DNA of 64,000 bases from Acetofilamentum sp. Lineage in GTDB: Bacteria > Bacteroidota > Bacteroidia > Bacteroidales > DYOH01. The notes under the pieces were generated by a model, which worked only from the letters and a program-made list of their open reading frames with translations, was not told the origin of the DNA and ran no database searches. Each line of letters starts with the position of its first letter. The stretch's first letter is position 1. Below, piece after piece: positions 10,874 to 20,617 of the stretch. A program made the translations under genes and the position numbers. The stretch is taken from assembly GCA_020720625.1 (NCBI GenBank), contig DYOH01000005.1:12943-76942 (forward strand), in the 5' to 3' direction.

Positions 10874-11263
10874 ATATACCAAATACAATGCTTTATATAA
10901 TTCCAGAAACCGAACAAAAAAGCAGTAATTCTTTCCCTTTTTATGCCATAAAATATACGTTTCCGAACACTTTTTATTTAAATAAATTGTTAAACGAAGG
11001 GAGTGCCATATAATGTAATAAATAGTTAATCAACAACTTAACATCAAACATATACACTATAAGCATTAAATAAGTATTAAATAATACTTTCTTGTACGAA
11101 AATGAACAGGCTCCAACCAATAGTGTACAAATTTCAAATAAACTAAAATAATGCTTTATAAAATTAAAATACTGATAAAAAGGTATTTACAAACTTTGGC
11201 ACGGCTTTGGTATTAGCTATTGAAACAAAACGATAGAATTTAATAAAATAAAAAAATATAGCT

Positions 11264-11611
11264 ATGAAAAACTTGATTTTAACAATTGCAATGGTAAGTA
11301 TATTCTCAATAAGCAACGCTGAAGGAATAAAAACTTACGAACCCGAAAAAATATCGACCACAGAAAATAGCATAATAATTGAAAGCTGGATGTTGAACAC
11401 ACATTATTTCGAAGAAACAGAAGCTGTGATAAGCATTGAAATGGTAAAAAGCATTAATCTGAATATCGATGCAGAAAAAGAAATAAGCTTAGAAAGCTGG
11501 ATGTTCGAAAGCGACGAAATAATTGAAAATGAAATGGCCTTAGAAAGCTGGATGTTCGAAACATATAATGTTGAAGAGAAAGCTCTGGAACTAGAAGAAT
11601 GGATGTTTTGA
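11264..11611 (+). CDS. Small secreted repeat protein with four (L/I)E(S/E)WM(F/L) motifs
   Basis: Signal peptide MKNLILTIAMVSIFSISNAEG. Motifs are IIESWMLN, SLESWMFE, ALESWMFE and LEEWMF(stop). A 23-nt exact DNA repeat cttagaaagctggatgttcgaaa occurs at 11488-11510 and 11539-11561, offset by 51 nt and in frame. Confidence 0.6.
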   Translation: MKNLILTIAMVSIFSISNAEGIKTYEPEKISTTENSIIIESWMLNTHYFEETEAVISIEMVKSINLNIDAEKEISLESWMFESDEIIENEMALESWMFETYNVEEKALELEEWMF

Positions 11612-11654
11612 TTAGTATATAAATTAGTTTACGTTTTTAGGTTAGGTTAAGTGA

Positions 11655-11686
11655 AAAGGCTGTTTGAGAAGACAGCCTTTTTTTTT
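11655..11686. terminator. Bidirectional intrinsic terminator between convergent genes
   Basis: AAAGGCTGT (11655-11663), an 8-nt loop, ACAGCCTTT (11672-11680), then T-run to 11686. An A-tract lies on the other side. It overlaps the stop codon of the minus-strand MORN gene. Confidence 0.7.
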
Positions 11687-12641
11687 ATTGTAAATTTATG
11701 CTATCGAGCAAAAATTTTTCATCCTGAATAATTTTGCCGTCTTTATACTCCACCGCTCGAATCAATTCGCCTTCTTCATTATAAATGTATTGCTTTCCGG
11801 TGTATAGTTGTCCGTTTCTGAAATAACCATCTTTCTCGATTTTATTAAACTGTATATTATATAACTTATTGTAGCCGTTTGGATTAAATACTCCAAAAGT
11901 AAGATTATTCTCCGGTGAGCCATTATTATTAACCGAATCGGTTTCGTTTTTATTTTTATTAGCGGCCGCCACCACATTAACCGGTGGATATTCCACAACC
12001 TTGGTCTCATCCATTTTGTCGCCCAAAAAAACTTTCTGCGATTTTATATTCCCGTCTTCGTAATATTCCTTAAGAAGTCCATTTTTTTTCCCTTCGGCCC
12101 AACTTCCTTCAATTTTTATTTTACCATTTTCGTGAAAATACTTTTGTTCTCCCACCCTAAGACCATCCTCGTTATAATTCCATTCGTAACATAGATTTCC
12201 GTTTTCAAAGTAAAACTTATATTTACCCACCCATGTTGTACCTTTCCATACACCTTCTTCCTGAATTTTGCCATTGGTGTAAAAAACACGTGCTACACCG
12301 TTAGGCTGACCATTCTTATACTGAAACTCAGAAATTTTAAACCCATTGGAATCAAATTTAACCCAAAAATCTTCTTTTTTATCATTCTTATAGTAACCCG
12401 CCGTAAGCACATTTCCGGATGCGTTGTCGTTAAAAACCCATAAGCCTTGTTTCATATTGTATTCATCGCGCCGATTAATTGTATCTCCGGCCTGAACACG
12501 TTTAAAATTGATAAGAAACTCGGGGCCGGCATATAATCTGTAATCCTGACCAAGAGAAGCTTTAAAAGTAAGAAACGATAAAAAAAACAATAAAAAATAA
12601 TGCTGAGGAATATGTAGAATATATATTTTTGTAATTTTCAT
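11685..12641 (-). CDS. MORN-repeat-variant (YwqK-like) protein, exported
   Basis: N-terminal hydrophobic signal, then repeated YxNGxxxGxxxxYYxNGxxxxE units (YKNGQPNGVARVFYTNGKIQEEG, YFHENGKIKIEGSW, EYYEDGNIKSQ). Confidence 0.8.
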   Translation of the reverse strand: MKITKIYILHIPQHYFLLFFLSFLTFKASLGQDYRLYAGPEFLINFKRVQAGDTINRRDEYNMKQGLWVFNDNASGNVLTAGYYKNDKKEDFWVKFDSNGFKISEFQYKNGQPNGVARVFYTNGKIQEEGVWKGTTWVGKYKFYFENGNLCYEWNYNEDGLRVGEQKYFHENGKIKIEGSWAEGKKNGLLKEYYEDGNIKSQKVFLGDKMDETKVVEYPPVNVVAAANKNKNETDSVNNNGSPENNLTFGVFNPNGYNKLYNIQFNKIEKDGYFRNGQLYTGKQYIYNEEGELIRAVEYKDGKIIQDEKFLLDSINLQ

Positions 12642-12689
12642 ATACTTATGTTTTCAGACAAAAGATAAATGATTAAACTGCAACGCAAA

Positions 12690-14201
12690 TTACGATAAAT
12701 AATTTATCTGCATAAATTTTTCGTACAGATAAGCATATTTCTCACTTCCTTTTTTGTCGGGCTCAACAATTTTTTCGGCCTTTACCAGAGATGCAATATC
12801 TTCAGGGGTAATTCTGTTTTTCTGCAAAGAAACCAAAAACGCAGCACCCCTTAATGATGCAGCGTCGGGATGGTCTGGTACATTTACATTTCTGGCAAAA
12901 ATATCGGCAATTAATTGCACAAAAAATGGGTTACAAGCCATATCTCCTATTGCGGTTATCTCTTCGGTGTCGCTTGTAAATTTCTGAATTTCAGAAAATT
13001 TAAGCTTTGCGAAAAAAATAATTCCTTCCAGAACCGAACGAACAAAATCTGCGGTTTTATGCTGGTATTGAGTACGATAAAAACCGGAAAATGTTTCATT
13101 ATTTGAATAATTTTGTGCATGCATTGGCACAAAAAAGAGCTTATGAGCGCCACTAACAGATTGCTGAGCCAATTCAAAGAAACGAGCAAATTTCTCTATT
13201 TCATCTTTAGAATTATTTTCAAGAGTAAAATTTTTGATAAAAAAATCCAACACGTTTAATCCACCAAATCTAACGCTATGGGCAAAAGTTCTATTCGAAA
13301 AAATAGTAGTCGAAATTTCTTTATTATTTAGCAACTTACTCCCAATACTTTGTGAAATCCATGCATCATGTCCGGCATAAAATAATCCGGAATTTTGATG
13401 CAGCAATCCGGCTCCCAGAATATTGGTATGTATAATAGAATCGGCACTAAAAATGGGAATATCTTTAACTAGCCCTAATTCTTCGGCAGCCAAAGCATTA
13501 AGTTCTCCTATTTGCATGGCAGAAGCTACGATAGGAGGAAGCTTTTTTCCATCAATCCCACAAATATTCAACAATTTAGGAATATACTGATTGTCCGAAA
13601 TATCAACAAAATGGTTAGAAATGGCACTATCTGGTGTAGAAAAAGGAGCCGCCCCTAACTTAATAGCCAGAAAATCTTTGGCTTCTAAAAATAAATCTGT
13701 TTGATTATAAATGGCATCCAGCTTATGCTTAAAATATAGTAGTGCGGATAATGCTTCCTGACTAGCCCGTAATGGCTGACTACCGGCTTCTTTTGACCAA
13801 TTTTTAGATTTAAAAACATCCAAATCTAAAAACGATTTGTCTTTCAGAATATCTTCAAGCGCATAATCAATTTTTCCGTTTGTATTTATAATGGCTTTAC
13901 GAATAGCATTTCCTTTATTATCGGTAGGTACAATAATTCCGAAATCTCCGGTAATTGTAATTGCACTAATATCTTCGGCGCAAAAATAGTATCTGGCAAA
14001 TAAAACCCGCATGGCTGCCTTAAGCGAAGCGAGCCAATCGTTTGGGTCTATTTCGCTAATGGCATAATTCGGTTCATCATTTTCCAGCATTATTTTGGCC
14101 AAGGCAAGATTTTTGCCAAAATAATCAAACAATCCTACTTGCAATTGTTTTGCTAAAATTTCTACTGAAAGAATGTACTCATGCTTTGATTTATTTATCA
14201 C
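12690..14201 (-). CDS. FGGY-family carbohydrate kinase-like protein (divergent N-terminus)
   Basis: The C-terminal region resembles the FGGY_C consensus (ITAIGDMACNPFFVQLIADIFARNVNVP...ASLRGAAFLV). The N-terminal GxDxGT phosphate-1 motif is not evident, so catalytic status is uncertain. Confidence 0.65.
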   Translation of the reverse strand: MINKSKHEYILSVEILAKQLQVGLFDYFGKNLALAKIMLENDEPNYAISEIDPNDWLASLKAAMRVLFARYYFCAEDISAITITGDFGIIVPTDNKGNAIRKAIINTNGKIDYALEDILKDKSFLDLDVFKSKNWSKEAGSQPLRASQEALSALLYFKHKLDAIYNQTDLFLEAKDFLAIKLGAAPFSTPDSAISNHFVDISDNQYIPKLLNICGIDGKKLPPIVASAMQIGELNALAAEELGLVKDIPIFSADSIIHTNILGAGLLHQNSGLFYAGHDAWISQSIGSKLLNNKEISTTIFSNRTFAHSVRFGGLNVLDFFIKNFTLENNSKDEIEKFARFFELAQQSVSGAHKLFFVPMHAQNYSNNETFSGFYRTQYQHKTADFVRSVLEGIIFFAKLKFSEIQKFTSDTEEITAIGDMACNPFFVQLIADIFARNVNVPDHPDAASLRGAAFLVSLQKNRITPEDIASLVKAEKIVEPDKKGSEKYAYLYEKFMQINYLS

Positions 14202-14226
14202 ATGAAAGTTTTTAATTTCTATTTAT

Positions 14227-17200
14227 CTAATCCGTAAAAGTATAAAATTCGATTAAAATACTATTTATTTGTGCAATAGATTTTACTGAGTTAAACAACA
14301 GGTAAAGTTTATGTTCATTTTGTTTGAGCAAACATTTTTTCGGATATTTTTGAACATAATCTAAAATAGCCACAAAAATTTCTGATTGATAGAAAAGTGA
14401 ATCTTTATCGGCCACAAAATACAAAATAAGTTTACCTTGTTTAAAACTAATTTTCTCTATCCCTAATTTTTGTGCCCGATTTCTGAGCCTCATTGTCATG
14501 ATTAAATCGGCTGCCTCTGGCGGCAACTGACCAAAGCGGTCTATTAACCGAGACAAAAATTCATCAATTTGAGCTTCTTCGGATAAGTTGTCGAGTTCTT
14601 TGTAGAGTTTAAATCTTTCTGTGATACTCTCAATATATCCTTCCGGAAATCGAATATCCACATCAGTGTCTACCGAACAATCGTCTACAAAACGTGAAGA
14701 AACAAAATCCGACTTGAGCTTTTCTTTTTCTTCTTTGGAATCGGCTTTGTCGAACAAGTTTTTAAACTCGGTGTTTCTTAATTCCATCACAGCCTCATCT
14801 AAAATGCGCTGATAAGTTTCGAAGCCAATATCGGCAATAAATCCGCTCTGCTCCCCCCCCAAGAGATTTCCGGCACCACGAATATCCAAATCTTGCATGG
14901 CAATATTAAATCCACTTCCAATTTCGGAAAACTGCTCAATTGCCTGAATTCTGCGGCGCGAATCGCGTGCAAGCCCTGTTACCGGTGGTGTAATGAGATA
15001 GCAGAATGCCTTTTTGTTCGAACGTCCAACCCTGCCTCGAAGCTGGTGTAAATCGCTGAGACCAAAATTCTGTGCATTATTAATAATCATGGTGTTGGCA
15101 TTTGGAATGTCAAGTCCGTTTTCTACAATAGAAGTGGCCACCAACACATCGCATTCTTCGTTAATAAAATCTACGAGAATATTTTCCATCTGGGTACCGT
15201 CCATTTGCCCATGTGCAACTACAACTCTAATTCCGGGCACAATTTGTCTGATAATATTAGCCACCTGCTCAATATCTTTTACCCTGTTGTGAATAAAAAA
15301 CACTTGCCCGTTTCGCTCAATTTCATATTTTATGGCATTGGCAATAATTTCTTCGTTAAATGCAATTAACTCTGTAATAATAGGAAAACGGTTTGGCGGT
15401 GGCGTATTGATTATTGACATATCGCGTGCCCCCATGAGCGAAAATTGTAATGTTCGGGGAATAGGAGTTGCCGATAATGTAAGTGTATCAACATTTACTC
15501 TCAGCGCCTTCAGTTTTTCTTTTACTGCAACTCCAAACTTTTGCTCTTCGTCGATAACGAGTAAACCCAAATCTTTAAAAACTACATCTTTACTAACCAA
15601 ACGATGCGTGCCAATAATAATATCTACTTTGCCCTTAGCCAAATCAAGAAGTAATTGTTTTTGCTCTTTTGCAGACCTATTACGACTAAGATAGGTAACA
15701 TTGGCCGGGAAATCTTTTAATCGCTCGCTAAAAGTGCGGAAGTGCTGAAAGGCAAGAATAGTGGTTGGAACTAATACGGCCACTTGTTTGTTATCGGCTA
15801 CTGCTTTAAAAGCCGCTCTGATAGCAATTTCGGTTTTACCAAACCCTACATCTCCGCAAATAAGCCTATCCATAGGCACAAGCGATTCCATATCTTGTTT
15901 TGTGGCTATTGTAGCTTTTAGCTGGTCGGGAGTATCTTCATAAATAAAAGAAGACTCTAGCTCGTCTTGCATATAGGTATCGGCACTAAAAGCATAGCCC
16001 TTTTCCTGCAAACGTTGAGCATATAGTGCAATTAACTCTTTGGCAATATCTTTAACCTTGCTTTTGGTTTTGTTTTTTAATACCGACCAAGATTTAGATC
16101 CTAATTTATAAACTTTAGGTGGCTCACCCTCCTTACCTTTATATTTCGAAATTTTATGCAAGGCATGTAAACTCACAAAGAGAACATCATTATCCTTATA
16201 AACTAAGCGAACCGCTTCTTGAAATTTTCCATTTACCTCCATTTTTTCCAGTCCACCAAAGATACCAATGCCATGATCGATGTGAACGACATAATCTCCT
16301 GGTTGCAATGCACTTAGCTCTCTTAAGGTAAGTGCTTCCGTACCCGATTGTGAGTTTGTTTTTTTTAGTTCGAACCGCAAATAGCGTTCAAAAATCTGAT
16401 GATCGGCATAAATGCTTATTTGCAAATCGTGGTCGATAAAGCCCAGATAAACAATAGAATTAATTTCTTCAAAATGAACAGACGCGTTTAAATCGGAGAA
16501 AATCCGGTTTATTCTTTCTAATTGTTTGCTATTGGCACTTAGAATAAAAACCCGATAATTTTGAAGATTCTTTTCTTTGATATCGCTAACCAGAAAATCG
16601 AAATTCTTTTTGAAAGAAATTTGCTCAGCGGTTTTAAATACAATGGTTTCGGAATTTTCAAAAACAGAATGAGGGGATATCTCTAGCAACTGAAACCCAA
16701 GTAGGTCTTTTTTTAAAATCTGCCCATTTACAAATCTGGTTTGAATAAAATCTGTTTCGAAATGAGATTTGTTTCGGTCTTCAAAAAAATCCAGTCTTTC
16801 GAGCGTAAATCTTAAATTGTTGGCTATAATAAGCGTATCGTGCTTTAGATACTCGATAATGGATGTATAAACCTCTTCTTCGAGCTCAAGAAAGTGCGGA
16901 GTAATAATAATTTGGTCGAATACTTGGAGCGATAGCTGTGTGACGGTATCAAAGGTTCTTAAACTATCCACTTCCACATCGAAAAAATCGATACGAAATG
17001 GATAATCGTTAGAAAATGAAAAAACATCGATAATGCTCCCACGAACAGCAAACTCGCCGGCTTCGAATACAAATTCTTTTCTCTTAAAGCCAAGATCCGT
17101 AAGATATTCCAATAGAAAATCCTGATCGAGCTTCTCCCCTTTTTTAAGCACGATACTACTATCTTTTAATACTTTACGCTGAACAACTTTTTCATGTAAA

Positions 17201-17586
17201 GCCTCTGGATAGGTAACCAGAAAAAAGTCGTTTTGGGTAGCAATTGCGCTTAAAATTTGGGTTCTTAAAACCAAATTATCGGGATCGTAACTATCCGATT
17301 CTTTAGTAACCAGTGCACGTTTATAGCTAGATGGAAGAAAATGAATTTTGCGTTCGGGCAATAGTCTCTCAAAATCGTTAAAAAGATAGGCCGCACTTTC
17401 TTTATCCTGGGCAATATAAAAAATACTTTTGTTGCAAATTTCTTTTATTGTAGCAACAACAAAGGCACTCGAAGAGCCATGCAATCCACTTAAATGAATT
17501 CTTTTCTTTTGCGTAAGAAATTCATTTAACAAAAGCACCTTTGGGTGATTCTTATATAGATAGAGCAGTTCCTTGATATTCAGCAT
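14227..17586 (-). CDS. mfd: Transcription-repair coupling factor
   Basis: 1119 aa with a UvrB-homology N-terminus, a CarD/TRCF RNAP-interaction region (LQPGDYVVHIDHGIG), a superfamily-2 helicase Walker A GDVGFGKTE, DEEQ box LLVIDEEQKFG, and a TRG region. Confidence 0.95.
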   Translation of the reverse strand: MLNIKELLYLYKNHPKVLLLNEFLTQKKRIHLSGLHGSSSAFVVATIKEICNKSIFYIAQDKESAAYLFNDFERLLPERKIHFLPSSYKRALVTKESDSYDPDNLVLRTQILSAIATQNDFFLVTYPEALHEKVVQRKVLKDSSIVLKKGEKLDQDFLLEYLTDLGFKRKEFVFEAGEFAVRGSIIDVFSFSNDYPFRIDFFDVEVDSLRTFDTVTQLSLQVFDQIIITPHFLELEEEVYTSIIEYLKHDTLIIANNLRFTLERLDFFEDRNKSHFETDFIQTRFVNGQILKKDLLGFQLLEISPHSVFENSETIVFKTAEQISFKKNFDFLVSDIKEKNLQNYRVFILSANSKQLERINRIFSDLNASVHFEEINSIVYLGFIDHDLQISIYADHQIFERYLRFELKKTNSQSGTEALTLRELSALQPGDYVVHIDHGIGIFGGLEKMEVNGKFQEAVRLVYKDNDVLFVSLHALHKISKYKGKEGEPPKVYKLGSKSWSVLKNKTKSKVKDIAKELIALYAQRLQEKGYAFSADTYMQDELESSFIYEDTPDQLKATIATKQDMESLVPMDRLICGDVGFGKTEIAIRAAFKAVADNKQVAVLVPTTILAFQHFRTFSERLKDFPANVTYLSRNRSAKEQKQLLLDLAKGKVDIIIGTHRLVSKDVVFKDLGLLVIDEEQKFGVAVKEKLKALRVNVDTLTLSATPIPRTLQFSLMGARDMSIINTPPPNRFPIITELIAFNEEIIANAIKYEIERNGQVFFIHNRVKDIEQVANIIRQIVPGIRVVVAHGQMDGTQMENILVDFINEECDVLVATSIVENGLDIPNANTMIINNAQNFGLSDLHQLRGRVGRSNKKAFCYLITPPVTGLARDSRRRIQAIEQFSEIGSGFNIAMQDLDIRGAGNLLGGEQSGFIADIGFETYQRILDEAVMELRNTEFKNLFDKADSKEEKEKLKSDFVSSRFVDDCSVDTDVDIRFPEGYIESITERFKLYKELDNLSEEAQIDEFLSRLIDRFGQLPPEAADLIMTMRLRNRAQKLGIEKISFKQGKLILYFVADKDSLFYQSEIFVAILDYVQKYPKKCLLKQNEHKLYLLFNSVKSIAQINSILIEFYTFTD

Positions 17587-17614
17587 GATATATTTTTAGC
17601 AGAAAAGCAATTTT

Positions 17615-19516
17615 TCAATAGGCTCTCCCGCCAACTCCTTCAATAAAATTCACAAAAGCCTGATTTACAACCTTATTACCGCCTGGTGTTGGATAATTAC
17701 CAGTAAAATACCAATCGCCCAAATCATTCGGACAAGCAATATGCAAATTTTCTACAGTTTGATAAACGATTTCAACTTCTGCATTAATAAATTTGGTCTT
17801 TAGCATTTGCGAAATTTTTTTGGAAATTTGCTCCGGAGTATAATCTTTATAAATATCCTTTACATGATTTATAGCTTTTTCTTTAGGCAAAATAAGCTCA
17901 GCTTTACATTTTTGATATGTCTCTTCAAGAATATGCTCTTTCCCCTCGTCTTTTAGCAACTGAATTACCGCTTTAAAAGCGATAAAGTCGCCCAAAACAG
18001 CCATATCAATTCCATAACAATCGGGATATCGAATTTGTGGCGATGACGAAACAATTACTATTTTTTTGGGATCGAGTCTGTCTAAAATGCGGAGAATACT
18101 TTTTTCTAAGGTGGTTCCGCGCACAATAGAATCATCGATAATAACCAAATTATCTACATTGCGGCGCAGTGAACCATAAGTAATATCGTATACGTGCGCC
18201 ACCAAATCATCGCGGGTATTATCCTGAGAAATAAAAGTTCGCATTTTAATATCCTTAATGGCTACCTTTTCCACCCGAGGTCTTCTTGCAATAATACTGA
18301 GCAAATCCTCTTTCGAAAGATTGTCTTTTTTCTCCCAAATTTTATCTACCTGTTTCAGTTTTACATAATCTTCTACACCCTTAATCATTCCATAAAAAGC
18401 AGACTCGGCAGTGTTTGGAATATACGAAAAAACGGTATTATCCAAGTCGTAGTTTATAGATTCAAGTATCTGTGGAGTAAGAAGTTCTCCAAGTTTTTTT
18501 CGTTCGGTATAAATATCCACGTCGCTCCCCCTGGAAAAGTATATTCTCTCGAAAGAACAACTTCTAATGGTTTCGGCTTCACGAATTTGCTCAATACTAA
18601 ATTGACCATCTTTTTTTATTACCACAGCTGCTCCCGGTGGAATTGGCCGCACTTGTTCCTCGCGCAAATTAAATGAGGTTTGTATAACCGGTCTCTCCGA
18701 AGCCACAACAATTACTTCATCATCGTAATAGTAAAATGCCGGCCGTATACCCCAAGGGTCGCGCATTACAAAAGAATCCCCGTGCCCGATTAAACCGCCA
18801 ATTACGTAGCCTCCATCCCATCGTTTGCTGGATGCTTTCAGTATATTGGTAATATCGAGATTTTTTTCTATCAAAGGCGAAATTTCTTTATTGGAGTAAT
18901 CGCGCTTCTTATACAAATCAAAAAGCCCTTGATTTTCATCGTCTAAAAAATGACCAACATTTTCGAGTATTGTTACAGTATCTGAATAGTCTTTAGGGTG
19001 TTGACCCAAAGTAAGAAGGCTATTGTAAAGCTCATCTACATTGGTTAAATTAAAATTTCCGGCTAGCACCAGATTTCGCGATTTCCAGTTGTTTTCTCTC
19101 ATCACCGGATGCACGTTCTCGATTCCGTTGCCACCGAAAGTGCCATAGCGCAAATGCCCAAGATATACTTCGCCTGCAAAAGGCACATTTTCTTTTGCCC
19201 AAATAGAATCTTCGAATAAGTGATGATTTTTTTCTTCAATTTTCTGAAAATCTTTTTTAATCTGGGAAAAAATATCTTGCAATGGAGCTGATGCTATTGA
19301 ACGCACACGATTAAAATATTTTCGGCCGTGCGATACATCAATTTTCAGATTTACCAAACCGGCTCCATCCTGACCTCTGTTGTGCTGCTTCTCCATTAAA
19401 AGGTATATTTTGTTTATACCGTAGCGCCAGGTTCCGTATTTCTGTTGATAATAAGACAAAGGCTTACGCAAACGAATTAACGCAATCCCACATTCATGTT
19501 TAATTAACTCACTCAT
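17615..19516 (-). CDS. purF: Amidophosphoribosyltransferase (long Bacteroidota-type)
   Basis: Ntn-amidotransferase start ..HECGIALIRL and PRTase motif LVIIDDSIVRGTT. I prefer the ATG at 19516 (MSELIKHECG) over the track start at 19558, because it removes the overlap with the upstream SPOR gene. Confidence 0.88.
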   Translation of the reverse strand: MSELIKHECGIALIRLRKPLSYYQQKYGTWRYGINKIYLLMEKQHNRGQDGAGLVNLKIDVSHGRKYFNRVRSIASAPLQDIFSQIKKDFQKIEEKNHHLFEDSIWAKENVPFAGEVYLGHLRYGTFGGNGIENVHPVMRENNWKSRNLVLAGNFNLTNVDELYNSLLTLGQHPKDYSDTVTILENVGHFLDDENQGLFDLYKKRDYSNKEISPLIEKNLDITNILKASSKRWDGGYVIGGLIGHGDSFVMRDPWGIRPAFYYYDDEVIVVASERPVIQTSFNLREEQVRPIPPGAAVVIKKDGQFSIEQIREAETIRSCSFERIYFSRGSDVDIYTERKKLGELLTPQILESINYDLDNTVFSYIPNTAESAFYGMIKGVEDYVKLKQVDKIWEKKDNLSKEDLLSIIARRPRVEKVAIKDIKMRTFISQDNTRDDLVAHVYDITYGSLRRNVDNLVIIDDSIVRGTTLEKSILRILDRLDPKKIVIVSSSPQIRYPDCYGIDMAVLGDFIAFKAVIQLLKDEGKEHILEETYQKCKAELILPKEKAINHVKDIYKDYTPEQISKKISQMLKTKFINAEVEIVYQTVENLHIACPNDLGDWYFTGNYPTPGGNKVVNQAFVNFIEGVGGRAY

Positions 19517-19538
19517 AATAAATAAAGTAATCCTAATT

Positions 19539-20003
19539 TTATAATTCCGGCCATTCAATCTGATCTTTTACAATCCAGGCATCGGGATATTTATGCAATA
19601 TCTTAAGTCTATAACTGGCCGCTTCTCTTTTGGTACGAAAATTTCCGACGTAGACTTTAAAGTAAGGTGCGAAATATGAAATATATGCTCCTATTTCGGG
19701 AAATTCCTCTGAAAAACTTTCCACCCTTGCTTCCGCTCCTTCTTTTGCACCTCTGCCTGTGGCAAAAAATATCTGAATCCTATATCCGGGAATACTTTTT
19801 TGCGCTTGATTCTGATTTCTTTCAATTTCTAAAGTATTTGTAAGCATTTTTGCTTGCTTAATAACAATTGCACGGGTTTGAGCATTTGCAGGCAATATAT
19901 CGTTTATATTATAATAGCTGTATGTTTGCGAATTTGCCGAAAAATAAGTGAACAAAACAATTAGAACATGGAAGTACTTTAATTTCATTTTCAATTTAAT
20001 CAA
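19539..20003 (-). CDS. SPOR domain-containing exported protein
   Basis: Signal peptide, then a C-terminal SPOR-like module GYRIQIFFATGRGAKEGAEA...YFKVYVGNFRTKREAASYRLKI. Confidence 0.8.
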   Translation of the reverse strand: MIKLKMKLKYFHVLIVLFTYFSANSQTYSYYNINDILPANAQTRAIVIKQAKMLTNTLEIERNQNQAQKSIPGYRIQIFFATGRGAKEGAEARVESFSEEFPEIGAYISYFAPYFKVYVGNFRTKREAASYRLKILHKYPDAWIVKDQIEWPEL

Positions 20004-20022
20004 TTATATAATAATTAATGAG

Positions 20023-20496
20023 CTATTTTTTCAATTTTACTACATTGTCAAGATCAATAGGAACATCTTTGGTGAAAATAAAAAACTTTACTTTAACAAT
20101 TCCTTTAATATTGATTTTGGCTTCGTTGGAAGTAAATGCCTTAAAAAGCGACAAAAAATTTGTAAGCATATTCTCAAATTTAAGCTCTACCGGAAAAGAT
20201 ACATTCTCGTGCTTTAGTGCTTTGAGCAATATTTCATCGTCAAAACTTGTAATTTTGCCTGCCTTGATGTCGTTCATGGTAAAATCCAAGTCAGCCTCCA
20301 GTATTTTCAAATCAAAAAACATTTTATTTTTTACCGGTACTACCATAGACAGTTTTATACTGTTGGTAGATAATTCATTCACATTCACAGAATCGATTTT
20401 ACCAATTTCAATCGGATTATAAAACTTCATCAATGCCCAAAGAAATACTACAGCAATAAACAGGAATACCAATATTTTGCGAAAAAATCTTTGCAT
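20023..20496 (-). CDS. Small membrane-anchored beta-sandwich protein (LEA_2/LEA14-like, tentative)
   Basis: 157 aa with an N-terminal TM (ILVFLFIAVVFLWAL) and a beta-rich body. The family assignment is by general resemblance only. Confidence 0.4.
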   Translation of the reverse strand: MQRFFRKILVFLFIAVVFLWALMKFYNPIEIGKIDSVNVNELSTNSIKLSMVVPVKNKMFFDLKILEADLDFTMNDIKAGKITSFDDEILLKALKHENVSFPVELKFENMLTNFLSLFKAFTSNEAKINIKGIVKVKFFIFTKDVPIDLDNVVKLKK

Positions 20497-20617
20497 GGTA
20501 AAATTTGTTTAAATTTTTGTTTCAAAATTAGCATTAATATCATAAATTAGGACGATGATTTCCTGAAAAATTTATTTCGACGCTATTTTTACATAGATTT
20601 TAACTTAATTCAAGCTT

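Noticed and set aside
10304-10888. 194-aa minus-strand ORF, and similar long antisense ORFs (for example 18194-18676, 24218-24742, 39633-40076, 43931-44392, 45219-45599, 60155-60601).
   Set aside because: Each lies entirely antisense to a confidently identified gene (cysS, purF, GHL10, MscS, caspase-like, pnp, REC-PPDK_N). Each has a Ser/Leu/Phe/Ile-rich low-complexity composition typical of shadow ORFs in AT-rich DNA.
11197-11212. Sigma-54-like sequence TGGCACGGCTTTGGTA about 55 nt upstream of the ESWM-repeat gene.
   Set aside because: The -24 TGGCAC is perfect. With the obligatory spacing, however, the -12 element reads TGGT instead of TTGC, so GC is not in register; a one-base shift gives TTGG. 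No enhancer-binding-protein gene is nearby. I consider it a weak candidate only.
11685-12641. MORN/YwqK-like protein, often auto-annotated as a toxin-antitoxin antitoxin.
   Set aside because: No adjacent toxin-like ORF exists. The protein has an export signal and stands alone between a terminator and the FGGY gene. There is no evidence for a TA module here.
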